Positions 1 to 8,824 of a DNA stretch of 40,006 bases are shown piece after piece. Below the pieces are notes generated by a model. That model worked only from the letters and a program-made list of their open reading frames with translations, made no database searches and had not been told where the DNA came from. How positions within the stretch are numbered: position 1 is the first letter of the stretch; every line of letters begins with the position of its first letter. The translations under genes were made by a program, and so were the position numbers. Origin of the DNA: a virus. The stretch lies in the IMG/VR virus record IMGVR_UViG_3300007346_000006; one strand, written 5' to 3'.

Positions 1-123
1 CAAATTATAGATGTTGAATTTGTTCTACGAGCGGATGAAGCAGCGCTTCCATCTCCCGTAAGAATAGTTGCACTATAGTTAGAACCGCTATCAGAATTAA
101 AACGCATAAGAACATCTGAGTTA
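1..123. repeat. Terminal overlap, left copy: bases 1-123 are identical to 39884-40006
   Basis: Read directly. Both copies run caaattatagatgttgaatt...aacatctgagtta with no mismatch seen. Implies a unit genome of 39,883 bp. Confidence 0.95.
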
Positions 124-254
124 CCAATTAAGTTTGTCGCATTGGCTATTACTATAACTAAATCAGTATAAGCACCGCTAATGGAAGTAAATGAAACTGT
201 CGCTGTGCTAGTAGAAAGCGTAGTCGTTGCTATTGCCTCATAGGTCGCTGGCAT
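1..254 (-). CDS. LYGIK-family tail-fibre-like paralog P1, N-terminal part; the gene wraps across the window ends and continues 39883->39637
   Basis: My translation from the ATG at 254 (TGATG overlap with the HNH stop) gives MPATYEAIATTTLSTSTATVSFTSISGAYTDLVIVIANATNLIGNSDVLMRFNSDSGSNYS... It joins the 39637..39990 ORF in frame. The full protein is 166 aa, matching paralog 39125..39637 (MATTYKAIATVEVGSGGAATINFTSIPATYTDL...). Confidence 0.8.
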   Translation of the reverse strand, partial: MPATYEAIATTTLSTSTATVSFTSISGAYTDLVIVIANATNLIGNSDVLMRFNSDSGSNYSATILTGDGSAASSARRTNSTSII

Positions 255-697
255 CAGATGACCACCTTTCGGTTCATACAAGTAGCACAACCAAAACGTC
301 TACTGTTTTTAGAGTTGTAGGTATAGATATTATTTTCCAACTCGTGTCCTCTCTTGCAGTGTGTTTTATGTTCTAAGACTCTTACTGAGCGATAACTATT
401 TTCTGCGCTAGTAACAAGTTGTAAATGTTCTGGATTTACACAACGGCGATGTAGGCAAGTGTTACCACCTTTGCATTCTTTTGGATCGTGGCATATATGG
501 TCTATAACCATTCCTTCTGGAATATCGCCTTTGTAATACATCCAAGATAGACGGTGAATTAGCGTTGACTTAGAGACGGGCCAGCCATATTTGGTTTGTG
601 CAAAACCTTTTGCAGTAGGTGTGGTTGGGTGCCACCAGCAACCATTTGGCTGCACTTCAAAGCGATTAACAATTCTTTCAAGTTGTGTAATTGCCAT
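254..697 (-). CDS. HNH homing-type endonuclease
   Basis: 147 aa. Shows VIDHICHDPKECKGGNTCLHRRCVNPEHLQLVTSAENS (His-Asn-His core with Cys-rich zinc ligands). Sits between two fibre paralogs. Confidence 0.8.
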   Translation of the reverse strand: MAITQLERIVNRFEVQPNGCWWHPTTPTAKGFAQTKYGWPVSKSTLIHRLSWMYYKGDIPEGMVIDHICHDPKECKGGNTCLHRRCVNPEHLQLVTSAENSYRSVRVLEHKTHCKRGHELENNIYTYNSKNSRRFGCATCMNRKVVI

Positions 698-700
698 TGG

Positions 701-1318
701 CTATGCCCCCTTTATTCCGTAAAGCGCTGCGTGGGAATACTGCACAAAATCACCAAGTGTTGATGACTGGACTCTAATTGATGTAATTGCTGAAGTGCTT
801 TGCCATAACCCACTATTAAGAATAACTTGTCCTGATCCATTCAAATCGTATCCTGCTAAATTTCTAGCAGTTTTATATTTTGAGGTATTGGCATAATCTA
901 AAATATCAATAATTCCAGCGGCAAACATACTCGCTCCTGCTGCTGCGCCCGTTGCCGCTCTAAATACCATTCCTGTATTTCCTGCTGAAGAATCTTCTGC
1001 GTAAGCCGCAGCAGATGAACCATCTCCAAGAATATAATGTCGTGGGTAAGAAGCGGTGTCGCTATTAAATATAAGCGACACTCCATCGGCAGTTGCACCA
1101 GAACGAGAAGAACGCAGTAACCATCGTAATTGTAAATGTTTGTAAGTGCTAGGAATTGAAGTAAAATCAATATAATCAACTGCTGTTGCGCCAACAGTTA
1201 CAGTAGCGATGGATTCAAAGTCGCCAGGTAATTCATAAGCAGTATTACCTGCCAGCATACTCCCATAGGTAGTCCTGCCAGTAATACTACTGGCAGATAA
1301 TTTATATACAGGTGTCAC
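701..1318 (-). CDS. LYGIK-family tail-fibre-like paralog P3 (205 aa)
   Basis: Shares FTSIPSTY...L, FNSD..sY, LGDGSSA, ITSI and a C-terminal ALYGIKGA with P1, P2 and the C-terminus of 38073..38876. Confidence 0.8.
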   Translation of the reverse strand: MTPVYKLSASSITGRTTYGSMLAGNTAYELPGDFESIATVTVGATAVDYIDFTSIPSTYKHLQLRWLLRSSRSGATADGVSLIFNSDTASYPRHYILGDGSSAAAYAEDSSAGNTGMVFRAATGAAAGASMFAAGIIDILDYANTSKYKTARNLAGYDLNGSGQVILNSGLWQSTSAITSIRVQSSTLGDFVQYSHAALYGIKGA

Positions 1319-1623
1319 TATGCAATCTCCACTCCAGAGATGTGGAAGTTAATTGTTGTCGCGCTTGCTCCACCCGTGATTGTCTGCGTTGCGGTGAGGA
1401 CCTGCTTGAGGTCAATAACTGTCGAATCGTATGAACCTACTGTAACAGTAGTTGCAATATTTGTACCGCCAAGACCTATTGTAAATGTTCCAGCTGAACC
1501 AGCAGTATTTGTAACTACTATGCTTGTAACTACTGTGGTAGTAGCTGCAGGAACTGTATATAGGGTTGTTCCTACTGTTGTTGTTGCTGCTCCTCGGAAC
1601 AGCGCTTTAGTTGTTGTGGCCAT
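1318..1623 (-). CDS. Small Thr/Gly-rich structural (fibre-associated) protein
   Basis: 101-aa ORF, start/stop-coupled to its neighbours in the tail-fibre block. Beta-rich low-complexity composition. Confidence 0.7.
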   Translation of the reverse strand: MATTTKALFRGAATTTVGTTLYTVPAATTTVVTSIVVTNTAGSAGTFTIGLGGTNIATTVTVGSYDSTVIDLKQVLTATQTITGGASATTINFHISGVEIA

Positions 1624-1635
1624 TATCTCCCTTTC

Positions 1636-3762
1636 TTAGAGTGCGCCCATTAATAAAAGTGTTAATTCGTCTGCAACGCTTCCAGGACCAGTTAATACTA
1701 CATCTGTTAGACCGCTAATTGTTGTTACTGTTGCTCCAGAATTTATTACTGTAGAACCAAGTGTTGGTGCTGAGTAACCAGAAACGTTTGACCAAGTAAG
1801 TCCAGTAGCAGTGCTTGAGTCAGCCTGTAGGTACTGTCCGTTAGTTCCAACTGTTAATTTACCTACAGTATCTGCTGCAGTTCCTACGATAAGGTCGCCC
1901 TTAGCGTCTATAACTGTGTTAGGAATTGCTGTGGCAAGATCAAATGCTGTGAAGGTGATTACCTCGAGCACATCGTTGACAGCAAGTGCTGCTAAGGATG
2001 TAATACTTGTTCCATTGGTTGCCGTGTAGTCAGAACCACGAACTAGGAGTACACCGTTTAGGTATACCTGTTCTTTGCCTGCTAAGTAAGATAGAGTTAA
2101 TCCGCCAGCATCAGTTCCTGATACAGAGGTTTCTCCACCTGTTGCTACGAACTTGTAGCGATAGATAGCAGCAGTTGAAGAGATAGATCCCCATGCAGAA
2201 AGTCCTGTATCCCATGCATACATGGCATTATCTACTGAGTTCCAGTAAATAGCTCCTTCAAGAATCGCATTTCCATCGTTATCTAATGTTGGAGGAGTTG
2301 ACTTTGCACCTAGGTATCTATCATCAAAGTTATCATAGGCTGTCTCAGCAGCAGCAGCGCTTGCTGCAGCAGCAGTAGCGCTACCAGCAACAGCATCAAC
2401 ATATTGCTTTGTAGCAGCCTGTAGATTTGCTGAAGGGTCTGCGTGAAGAGTCAGAGCACCAGTCATTGTGGAGCCTGACTTAAAGACTACGGCATCGTAG
2501 AATGTACCACCAGCCTGAATTTCATCAGCAATCTCTTTAAGAGTATCAAGAGTTCCAGGAGCACCATTGATTAGATTGGTAATCTCTGTATCAATGTAAC
2601 CCTTAGTTGCTGCGTCACCTGAATCTGTTGGAGTGCCAAGGCTTGTAATCTTCTGGCTGTTCATTGAGAACGAAGAAGTTGGCGCAGCCAAGTCTGTTAC
2701 TTTAGATGTGCGTACCTGTGTATCAAAGTCAGAGATAGTGCTGGCTGTCTGAGTGCCAGTATGGTTAGCACGGGCTAGTGGGTCAGTTGCTAACTTGCTA
2801 AGAGCAATAGCAGCCGAAGCGTTAATGTCATCATTTACGATAGTTCCATCTACAATGTCAGAGGATGTAATAGAACTGTTAAGGCTTAGTTTGCTGTAAG
2901 CAATACCTGCTGATGCGTTGATATCTGCGTTTACAATCGCACCAGTACCGATGCTGGTTGTTAGGCTTACGTTGCCTGTGCCATCAAAGGATACGGCGCT
3001 AGCCTCTACATCTCCTGTAAGTTGGAAGTCTCTAGCAGTTTGTAGGGCTGTGGCTGTAGCAGCATTACCTGTGGTAGAACCAGAGGATCCAGTCACGTTA
3101 CCAGTCACGTTACCTGTGACATTACCAGTTAGATTTGCCGTAACCGTATTTGCTGAGAAGTTACCTGAAGCATCTCTAGCTACGATCGCAGAGTTTGTGT
3201 TGGTTGATGTTGCTGTTGTGGCAGAGTTAGCTACCTTGCCAACTGTTGAGATAGTAGCAAGCTTGGTATCTGTAATAGCAGCTGAGGCGTTTATATCCGC
3301 ATTAGTGATAGCTCCATCAGCGATCTTAGCTGAGGTAACAGCGCTATCTGCAATCATTGCGGTAGATACTGTTCCAGTATCGGTAGTCTTTACTACGTTA
3401 GCAATAGTCAACCCGTGAGCCGATGTTGTGTTTTCGATATGAGTATTAGCTTCACGGAAGTCACGGCCGATAGCCATGTGACGAACCTTTGCACCAGCAG
3501 AGTGAGCAATTGCTGCAGTTCCATCGATGTTACGATTAACTGTTAATGTGTTGCTACCTGGGTTAGAGGGAGCAATTACATCGACAATTTCTTCGAGCGA
3601 GGTGTCTGGGTCGATGACAATGGTGAAAGTTTCACCTGCTGCTGGGGTGATGCTACCAAGCAAACCCGCTGCAGAGTTGACAACCATCGTTGTCTGAGAG
3701 GAGTTCATCGCTGATGTAAGCGTGGTCTCCTGAGATGTAGAGAGATATTTACGTATTGTCAT
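1636..3762 (-). CDS. Tail fibre / tail spike-like protein (708 aa)
   Basis: Repeated NADINASA(A/G)I segments, (NVTG)x3-4, Ala-rich coiled stretches, and a position inside the tail module. Confidence 0.75.
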   Translation of the reverse strand: MTIRKYLSTSQETTLTSAMNSSQTTMVVNSAAGLLGSITPAAGETFTIVIDPDTSLEEIVDVIAPSNPGSNTLTVNRNIDGTAAIAHSAGAKVRHMAIGRDFREANTHIENTTSAHGLTIANVVKTTDTGTVSTAMIADSAVTSAKIADGAITNADINASAAITDTKLATISTVGKVANSATTATSTNTNSAIVARDASGNFSANTVTANLTGNVTGNVTGNVTGSSGSTTGNAATATALQTARDFQLTGDVEASAVSFDGTGNVSLTTSIGTGAIVNADINASAGIAYSKLSLNSSITSSDIVDGTIVNDDINASAAIALSKLATDPLARANHTGTQTASTISDFDTQVRTSKVTDLAAPTSSFSMNSQKITSLGTPTDSGDAATKGYIDTEITNLINGAPGTLDTLKEIADEIQAGGTFYDAVVFKSGSTMTGALTLHADPSANLQAATKQYVDAVAGSATAAAASAAAAETAYDNFDDRYLGAKSTPPTLDNDGNAILEGAIYWNSVDNAMYAWDTGLSAWGSISSTAAIYRYKFVATGGETSVSGTDAGGLTLSYLAGKEQVYLNGVLLVRGSDYTATNGTSITSLAALAVNDVLEVITFTAFDLATAIPNTVIDAKGDLIVGTAADTVGKLTVGTNGQYLQADSSTATGLTWSNVSGYSAPTLGSTVINSGATVTTISGLTDVVLTGPGSVADELTLLLMGAL
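3091..3138. repeat. 12-bp tandem repeat (agtcacgttacc x2, then degenerate copies) encoding NVTGNVTGNVTG
   Basis: Read directly in the fibre gene. Confidence 0.85.
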
Positions 3763-4661
3763 TAGTACCTCGTGTAGTGGATTCGGACTGGGTATTGGCC
3801 ACGCAACTTGCCTGCTTCCTCGGCAAGGCGTTGCTGGTAAAGTGCGAGCATAAATCGAGCAGCATTAGAGCCAGAGCCAAATTGAATTTTAGTATCAGCT
3901 TGGTCTGCCTCGGCAGAAGTAAATGTAAGACGGCCTGGATCGATAAAGGAGGCTAGACGATAAGAAGCCCCATAAACAATAACATCTTTAGCAGATGAAG
4001 GTAATCCAGTTACTGTTTCAAAGACATCATTATTATTAACAAGAATGCTAGGTTCTTTACTGTACGTTACCTGCACAGTCCGACCTGGGGTAATACGGTC
4101 ATAAACCGAAATAGTTTGACCAGTAGCGTACGTAGCTGAATTAGCCATTTTATCGTGACGCCATTGTTTGACAGGCATCCATTCCCCGGTAGGGCCAGGA
4201 GTGTCCCAGGATACCCCTAAAACGTCGTCTATGGCCGATGGGAGGCTGTATGTCGACTGGGTGGCAGTAAGACTAAAGGTTGTTTTATCTACTCCAAAAA
4301 GCTGGGGAAAGACCGCTTTGATGCTGTCATTGATAGCCCTCTTGACAGAGAGTCTAGGGAAGGTAGGGGAGATAGTTACCTTTGTGTTAGTGGTGTGGCT
4401 GGCAGCAGTTGTGCCTTGATAGCCACGACCGTATGGAGCTGCAGTTGCTGTGCTCGACACGCGGTCATAACTATCCAGCCAGATCATTTCATCGTCGATT
4501 TCGACAACACCCTTGCCAATATTGGACACGCTACCTAGGTTTAAGATTAGAGCTGAGGAGTTGATGTCGGCAGTAAGGTGAGTGGTGCGATCTTGTCGCA
4601 TCGTATAGCCATTAAGATTTAGGAGAACTTCATCTACCAAATTGGCAAGAGTTGATGTCAT
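3762..4661 (-). CDS. Virion structural protein, function unknown (299 aa)
   Basis: Long ORF, start/stop-coupled, between the basic-protein block and the fibre gene. Confidence 0.75.
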   Translation of the reverse strand: MTSTLANLVDEVLLNLNGYTMRQDRTTHLTADINSSALILNLGSVSNIGKGVVEIDDEMIWLDSYDRVSSTATAAPYGRGYQGTTAASHTTNTKVTISPTFPRLSVKRAINDSIKAVFPQLFGVDKTTFSLTATQSTYSLPSAIDDVLGVSWDTPGPTGEWMPVKQWRHDKMANSATYATGQTISVYDRITPGRTVQVTYSKEPSILVNNNDVFETVTGLPSSAKDVIVYGASYRLASFIDPGRLTFTSAEADQADTKIQFGSGSNAARFMLALYQQRLAEEAGKLRGQYPVRIHYTRY

Positions 4662-4933
4662 TAGGACGATATCCTTCTCAGAGCTTCGGGTGCAGCAAGA
4701 CCATCGGTTCCTGCTAGCACATTACAAATACCTTGGATGTCAAGGAAGGTTTTGGGATCCGTGCGTCCATCTTTACGATTAAGCGCACCTTGGATGCTTT
4801 GGCCAGTTGTACCAGCCCATTCATTAGCCGCAAGGTTATCTCCCACAACGTTTAGTGGAGTTCTGTAAGTACCACCATTAGCAAGTCGATTTAGTTCAGC
4901 ACTAAACGGGGAACCTGTATTTCCGACTGCCAT
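4661..4933 (-). CDS. Hypothetical protein (90 aa)
   Basis: ORF coupled on both sides (shared nucleotide at 4661 and at 4933). Confidence 0.65.
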   Translation of the reverse strand: MAVGNTGSPFSAELNRLANGGTYRTPLNVVGDNLAANEWAGTTGQSIQGALNRKDGRTDPKTFLDIQGICNVLAGTDGLAAPEALRRISS

Positions 4934-5328
4934 TATCTATACCTCGCTGTCTTTCGAGCAATTGATTTAGGTTGCTTGGAGAACTGTTTACCAGACTTGG
5001 TATCACGACGCTTCTTAGCAGAAGTAGCCGCGTACTCTTTCTTGCTTAGAGACTGACGTGCCTTCTTAGGCAAGTAACGCTCTCCAGTTGCTTTAGAACC
5101 TTGAGTGCTAGGTTTACCAGATCTGGTTCCCCACTCTTCTTTAGTCCATTTAGATAAAGATTTTTGTTTGCTGGATTTGCTACCTGTGTAGCCACCACCA
5201 GCCTTCTTGTATTGTTGTGCTACAAGTTGCGCTTTACGCGCTGACCATTGTCCAGGTCTACCGCCTTTGGAACCAGCAAGAACTCGTCTTTTAATAGAGT
5301 CGCGTAGACCTGGTTTGGTGTATGACAT
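4933..5328 (-). CDS. Very basic Lys/Ser/Gly-rich protein (131 aa)
   Basis: Composition read from the translation (KKAGGGYTGSKSSKQKSLSKWTKEEW..., SAKKRRDTKSGKQFSKQPKS). Confidence 0.7.
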   Translation of the reverse strand: MSYTKPGLRDSIKRRVLAGSKGGRPGQWSARKAQLVAQQYKKAGGGYTGSKSSKQKSLSKWTKEEWGTRSGKPSTQGSKATGERYLPKKARQSLSKKEYAATSAKKRRDTKSGKQFSKQPKSIARKTARYR

Positions 5329-5330
5329 TG

Positions 5331-5771
5331 TTACTTCTTGCCACCTAGTAGTCCAGGGAATAGACCCTTTGGATTCATTGGCTTAGGTGACTTAGATGTG
5401 TACTTCTTAGGAGCAGCTTTCTTAACAGCAGCCTTTTTTACAGCAGGCTTGTTAGCATAAGCGGCACGAGCAGCATCTGGAGACTTAGCTGCAGGAGCAG
5501 CCTTAGCACGAGCAGCGGCTACGCGCTTAGCACCGTACATACGATTTACACCTTGGATAAACTCAGCACGAGCACCCTTTGGGGTCTTACCTGCAACAGC
5601 AAGTGCCTTAGTCATACCCATCTTTTTAATTTTATCGATTGTTGCTTGGCTTACAGGAGTGTAAAGTCTTTCTCCCTTAGCGCCTTTGCCTCCACCTTTT
5701 GGAAGTCCTCTTTTTGGCTTGTATGCAGCACGTGCTGCGTCAGCCGTCTTATATGTTTTTGCCATTACCAT
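5331..5771 (-). CDS. Very basic Ala/Lys-rich protein with a histone-H1/Hlp-like tail (146 aa)
   Basis: AAARAKAAPAAKSPDAARAAYANKPAVKKAAVKKAAPKK; PAKKA-type repeats. Confidence 0.7.
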   Translation of the reverse strand: MVMAKTYKTADAARAAYKPKRGLPKGGGKGAKGERLYTPVSQATIDKIKKMGMTKALAVAGKTPKGARAEFIQGVNRMYGAKRVAAARAKAAPAAKSPDAARAAYANKPAVKKAAVKKAAPKKYTSKSPKPMNPKGLFPGLLGGKK

Positions 5772-6055
5772 TTTACCTTATCTGCCCAATATGCGGCACT
5801 CATTTTTCCCTTGGATATATTTCTACGATGACGCGCCTTGAAACTTTTGCGTTTCATCTTCATACGTTGTGACTCTCCAGCTTTAGGTTTGCCAGCTGTG
5901 CTAGCACCCTGTTCTCCAAAGCGGATTGTTCTTACTTGTTCACCCTGCTTAGCCACAACTACATGAGACTTTTTGGGGTGAGTAGGGGTACGTTTAGGTT
6001 TGTTAAAGCCTGAAACTCCTGCTCTTGCGAGCCTAGGATCTCTTTTGCTTGCCAT
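5765..6055 (-). CDS. Very basic small protein (96 aa)
   Basis: KPKRTPTHPKKSH...MKMKRKSFKARHRRNISKGK. Overlaps the next gene by 7 nt. Confidence 0.7.
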   Translation of the reverse strand: MASKRDPRLARAGVSGFNKPKRTPTHPKKSHVVVAKQGEQVRTIRFGEQGASTAGKPKAGESQRMKMKRKSFKARHRRNISKGKMSAAYWADKVKW

Positions 6056-6176
6056 ACTCTCCGTACTTTCCTAATACTGCTCTTACGGTTCCGTTCTTAT
6101 TTAGACGAACCACTTTCCCGTCCTTAATCTGGACAGAGTTAAAACCGTGATGGGTCTTATGTTGTCCAGATGACAT
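6033..6176 (-). CDS. Possible 47-aa basic miniprotein (below the ORF-track cutoff)
   Basis: My translation gives MSSGQHKTHHGFNSVQIKDGKVVRLNKNGTVRAVLGKYGEYGKQKRS. The ATG overlaps the upstream stop (TAATG at 6174-6178). No clear SD. Confidence 0.4.
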   Translation of the reverse strand: MSSGQHKTHHGFNSVQIKDGKVVRLNKNGTVRAVLGKYGEYGKQKRS

Positions 6177-6469
6177 TATTTGATTCTGCCTTTTTTGTCG
6201 TAGCGACGTCCTTGTAGGATTGCTCCGGCAAGTTGACCAAGGTCTTTCTTATTAGAAGCTGCGGCAGCATTAGCTCTAGCTTTAGCAGCAGGGCGCATTG
6301 AAGGTGGTACAGTACGTGCTTCATTCTGTGCTCCAATTGTTTTACGATAACTGCCAGCATATTGACCAACTTCTTTTTTAATATTTCCAACGTATTTGCC
6401 TACAGTGCTAGCAGCTTTTTGAATTGGATTATACCCACTGGTATCGTAAAAAGATTTACGCATTGCCAT
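6176..6469 (-). CDS. Basic small protein (97 aa)
   Basis: ORF with a TAATG junction at both ends. Lys/Arg/Ala-rich. Confidence 0.7.
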   Translation of the reverse strand: MAMRKSFYDTSGYNPIQKAASTVGKYVGNIKKEVGQYAGSYRKTIGAQNEARTVPPSMRPAAKARANAAAASNKKDLGQLAGAILQGRRYDKKGRIK

Positions 6470-6618
6470 TATTTCTTTTTCGCTTTCTTCTTAACGGCTT
6501 TCTTCTTGGCCTTCATCATCATGGCCTTTTCTTCCATCTTCTCAGCCTTTGCATACATCTTGGCTGCCTTCTTACCCTTAGCTGTGTAAGGGAACTTTTT
6601 TCCGCTAACCATTGGCAT
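6469..6618 (-). CDS. 49-aa Lys-rich miniprotein (below the ORF-track cutoff)
   Basis: My translation gives MPMVSGKKFPYTAKGKKAAKMYAKAEKMEEKAMMMKAKKKAVKKKAKKK. AGGAGG lies 9 nt upstream. TAATG overlaps at both ends. Confidence 0.6.
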   Translation of the reverse strand: MPMVSGKKFPYTAKGKKAAKMYAKAEKMEEKAMMMKAKKKAVKKKAKKK

Positions 6619-6887
6619 TAAATTAACCCTCCTGTTGAGTCGTCCGCTTTGAACGCCTTTCCTGCTCTGTTACTTACCTCAACTGCCACTTGTATATCTT
6701 TCATACGAGTTGATGACGGTTGAATCCCTTGTGCTCTAGCATCTCTATAAGCCTGCAACTCAGCATCCCACTTCTTGGTAGACATACTGGTTCTAGTTGA
6801 TGCTTCTCCTGCGTTAAGGCTTATGCCTAGGATTTTGCATCCAAAGCAACCTTCTACATCTGTAGGATGTGTACTTCTGTGTAACAT
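6618..6887 (-). CDS. Hypothetical protein (89 aa)
   Basis: ORF in the operon context downstream of the capsid gene. Confidence 0.65.
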   Translation of the reverse strand: MLHRSTHPTDVEGCFGCKILGISLNAGEASTRTSMSTKKWDAELQAYRDARAQGIQPSSTRMKDIQVAVEVSNRAGKAFKADDSTGGLI

Positions 6888-6894
6888 ATTCCCC

Positions 6895-7146
6895 CTATAC
6901 AGTTTCTACTGTGTACCCCGCTGCTTCTAGCGATGCTTTTTCTGCAGATGAAATTTCATAACGGTGACCACCCAAGTAATACAAGTCAGCATTAGCCAAA
7001 TCTTCAGCATACGGAAAACGTTCTTGACGATAGACATCATTCTCCTTGATTACAGTGATACCACGTTCCAGTTTATATCTGTAGTGCAGTACGTTGTCTC
7101 CTGCAGGTCCTTCAGATACTGTTGGTGGTGTGAAGTAGAAAGCCAT
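6895..7146 (-). CDS. Hypothetical protein (83 aa)
   Basis: ORF preceded by AAGGAG 5 nt upstream of the ATG. Confidence 0.7.
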   Translation of the reverse strand: MAFYFTPPTVSEGPAGDNVLHYRYKLERGITVIKENDVYRQERFPYAEDLANADLYYLGGHRYEISSAEKASLEAAGYTVETV

Positions 7147-7170
7147 AGTTCTCCTTTAATGAACTCACCA

Positions 7171-7194
7171 CTAGGCAGGGTTTCCCCTGCCCAG
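7171..7194 (-). terminator. Stem-loop immediately downstream of the capsid gene (possible attenuator/terminator or mRNA-stabilising hairpin)
   Basis: ggcaggg-tttc-ccctgcc gives a perfect 7-bp GC-rich stem, extendable to 10 bp with one mismatch. No clear U-tract on the minus strand. Confidence 0.35.
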
Positions 7195-7209
7195 CAGTCA
7201 GTTAATTAA

Positions 7210-8196
7210 CTAAACGGTTGGACGAACAGACGATGCTGTTTCGATACGCCATAGAGATTCTGAACGGTAACGGTTCCATCCAAGTACGCCGTACCAGCCG
7301 ATTGGGCGGAGACGCATTAACTTGTCTGTAACTGGACCGATAACTGTGTGTGGTTCTTCTGCAACTGCTTCTGCAAGAGCCTGTTGACCCATTACGAATG
7401 TTGAGAACACACGAACCTGGCTTGCGCCAGCTCCTGAACCAGCCTGTGAGTTTGGTAGGCGTGGTGACTCTACGAAAGCAACGCCTTCGTATGTTCCAAG
7501 CTCACCTGCGTAGATGTTTGAGGTATCTACGTACTCGTGTGGCTGACGCCATCCTGCAGTTCCTGTTTCAGCACGAAGATCGTGTGAAACCTCTGGGTGA
7601 ATGTAGGAAGCGTATAGAGAACCACGGCGTGGCACAACGTTTGCTGCGCGAAGCTTTGCTACTGCGTAGCGGATATCGCGTGACTTGATTGTGTCAGAAC
7701 CAGTGATGGTTGTGATTGCTGCAGAGGTAGAAAGTGATCCAGCGGATTCGCGGATTACCTGTGATCCACCATTTAGAACATCACGGACAACTGTGTCGAG
7801 TGAGTCATTCATGTTGAATGCAACAATGTTTGCAAGAGCTGGCTCTACATCAGCGAGTGAGAAGAGGTCGAGCTTGCGAGTTGAAATGATTGAGTTACCA
7901 TACTCATTGAGGGTGACTGCGACTGTGCTTGTTGCAGGAATTGCAACAGCATCTGGATCAACAGTTTCTGTCAATGGTGAGGTAGCTACTGCGAGGTCAT
8001 TGTAAAGTTGGAACAATACAGATGAACCTGCGTGGGATTGCTGTGCAGGCTTCTTGTCAGCTGCAGCACGGAATGACGGAACGGAACGAAGAGCGAACTC
8101 TACGAGCTTGTCATACGCCTGAGTAACAAGGTTAGCACCGACAACTGTACCCGCTTGACCTGCTGGCAAAGCAGCAGAGGTATACAAGTTAGGCAT
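7210..8196 (-). CDS. Major capsid protein (328 aa)
   Basis: Size, position directly after an acidic scaffold-like gene, and a strong hairpin downstream. Assignment rests on synteny and composition only. Confidence 0.7.
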   Translation of the reverse strand: MPNLYTSAALPAGQAGTVVGANLVTQAYDKLVEFALRSVPSFRAAADKKPAQQSHAGSSVLFQLYNDLAVATSPLTETVDPDAVAIPATSTVAVTLNEYGNSIISTRKLDLFSLADVEPALANIVAFNMNDSLDTVVRDVLNGGSQVIRESAGSLSTSAAITTITGSDTIKSRDIRYAVAKLRAANVVPRRGSLYASYIHPEVSHDLRAETGTAGWRQPHEYVDTSNIYAGELGTYEGVAFVESPRLPNSQAGSGAGASQVRVFSTFVMGQQALAEAVAEEPHTVIGPVTDKLMRLRPIGWYGVLGWNRYRSESLWRIETASSVRPTV

Positions 8197-8222
8197 TTAC
8201 CTATCCTTTTTGGTCGAAGTGG

Positions 8223-8705
8223 CTACGATTGTGAACCGTAGATAAGTTTTAGGATTTCATCTTCAGAGTTAGCATTGTTAATACGAAATGCTATATCTTC
8301 AGACTTGTCGGGGGATAAAGCACCACTTGTTACAGCATCTATTTGTCGCAAAGCTGCGACGTCATGCTGACTTACTTCCTGCTCTGGTTTAACTTCAAAG
8401 CCAAATACATCGGCATTGTTGTCTAACCAAGCTGCGATAGCTTCTTCCGAAGCATCCAAGTCAGATGGTACAAATGCGGCAACCTTTGGGTTTACGCCAC
8501 GGGACGAAAATACGTCCTTTAAAATCCGCTCTCTTTGGGACTTGCTGAGTTCACCTAGTGAACTTTCGAGTTCCTTGTTTCTCTTTTGCTCAGACTTCAA
8601 AGCCTTACGCAGTTTCTTTACAAGGTCAGTTTCCGATTCGTATGATGGCGTAAAGTCATCATCTTCATCTTCGTCATCCCAGTAGTTATCGCGGTTGTTG
8701 CTCAT
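8223..8705 (-). CDS. Scaffolding protein (160 aa, acidic, helical)
   Basis: DDEDEDDDF N-terminus, a charged coiled-coil-like middle, and a position immediately upstream of the capsid gene. Confidence 0.6.
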   Translation of the reverse strand: MSNNRDNYWDDEDEDDDFTPSYESETDLVKKLRKALKSEQKRNKELESSLGELSKSQRERILKDVFSSRGVNPKVAAFVPSDLDASEEAIAAWLDNNADVFGFEVKPEQEVSQHDVAALRQIDAVTSGALSPDKSEDIAFRINNANSEDEILKLIYGSQS

Positions 8706-8740
8706 AGCAACTCTCCCTTTCTAGTAGTTGGCGCACGCCT

Positions 8741-8806
8741 CAATATCTACAGGGGAATAGATATTGGCTCGTACTATCGGTCTAATACACCGCATGGGGC
8801 CGATAG
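8741..8806 (-). promoter_or_regulatory. Two stem-loops in the 119-bp gap upstream of the scaffold/capsid genes
   Basis: caatatcta-N8-tagatattg (9-bp perfect, 8741-8766) and ctatcgg-N19-ccgatag (8774-8806). Confidence 0.35.
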
Positions 8807-8824
8807 ATCCATGTCGGGATTCTG

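Noticed and set aside
1-123. Short direct terminal repeat of a T7-like linear genome
   Set aside because: The repeat sits in the middle of a gene that is only intact when the ends are joined, and no promoter or terminal-type sequence flanks it. An assembly overlap of a circular map is more parsimonious. It still needs read-based confirmation.
898-1194. Same-strand alternative-frame ORFs nested inside larger genes (898..1194, 9775..9972, 16418..16753, 18906..19136, 20785..21042, 30219..30587, 36379..36651, 37525..37755, 39271..39501)
   Set aside because: They are nested in confidently coding frames, have Leu/Ile/Lys- or Met/Val/Lys-rich junk-like translations, and show no start context.
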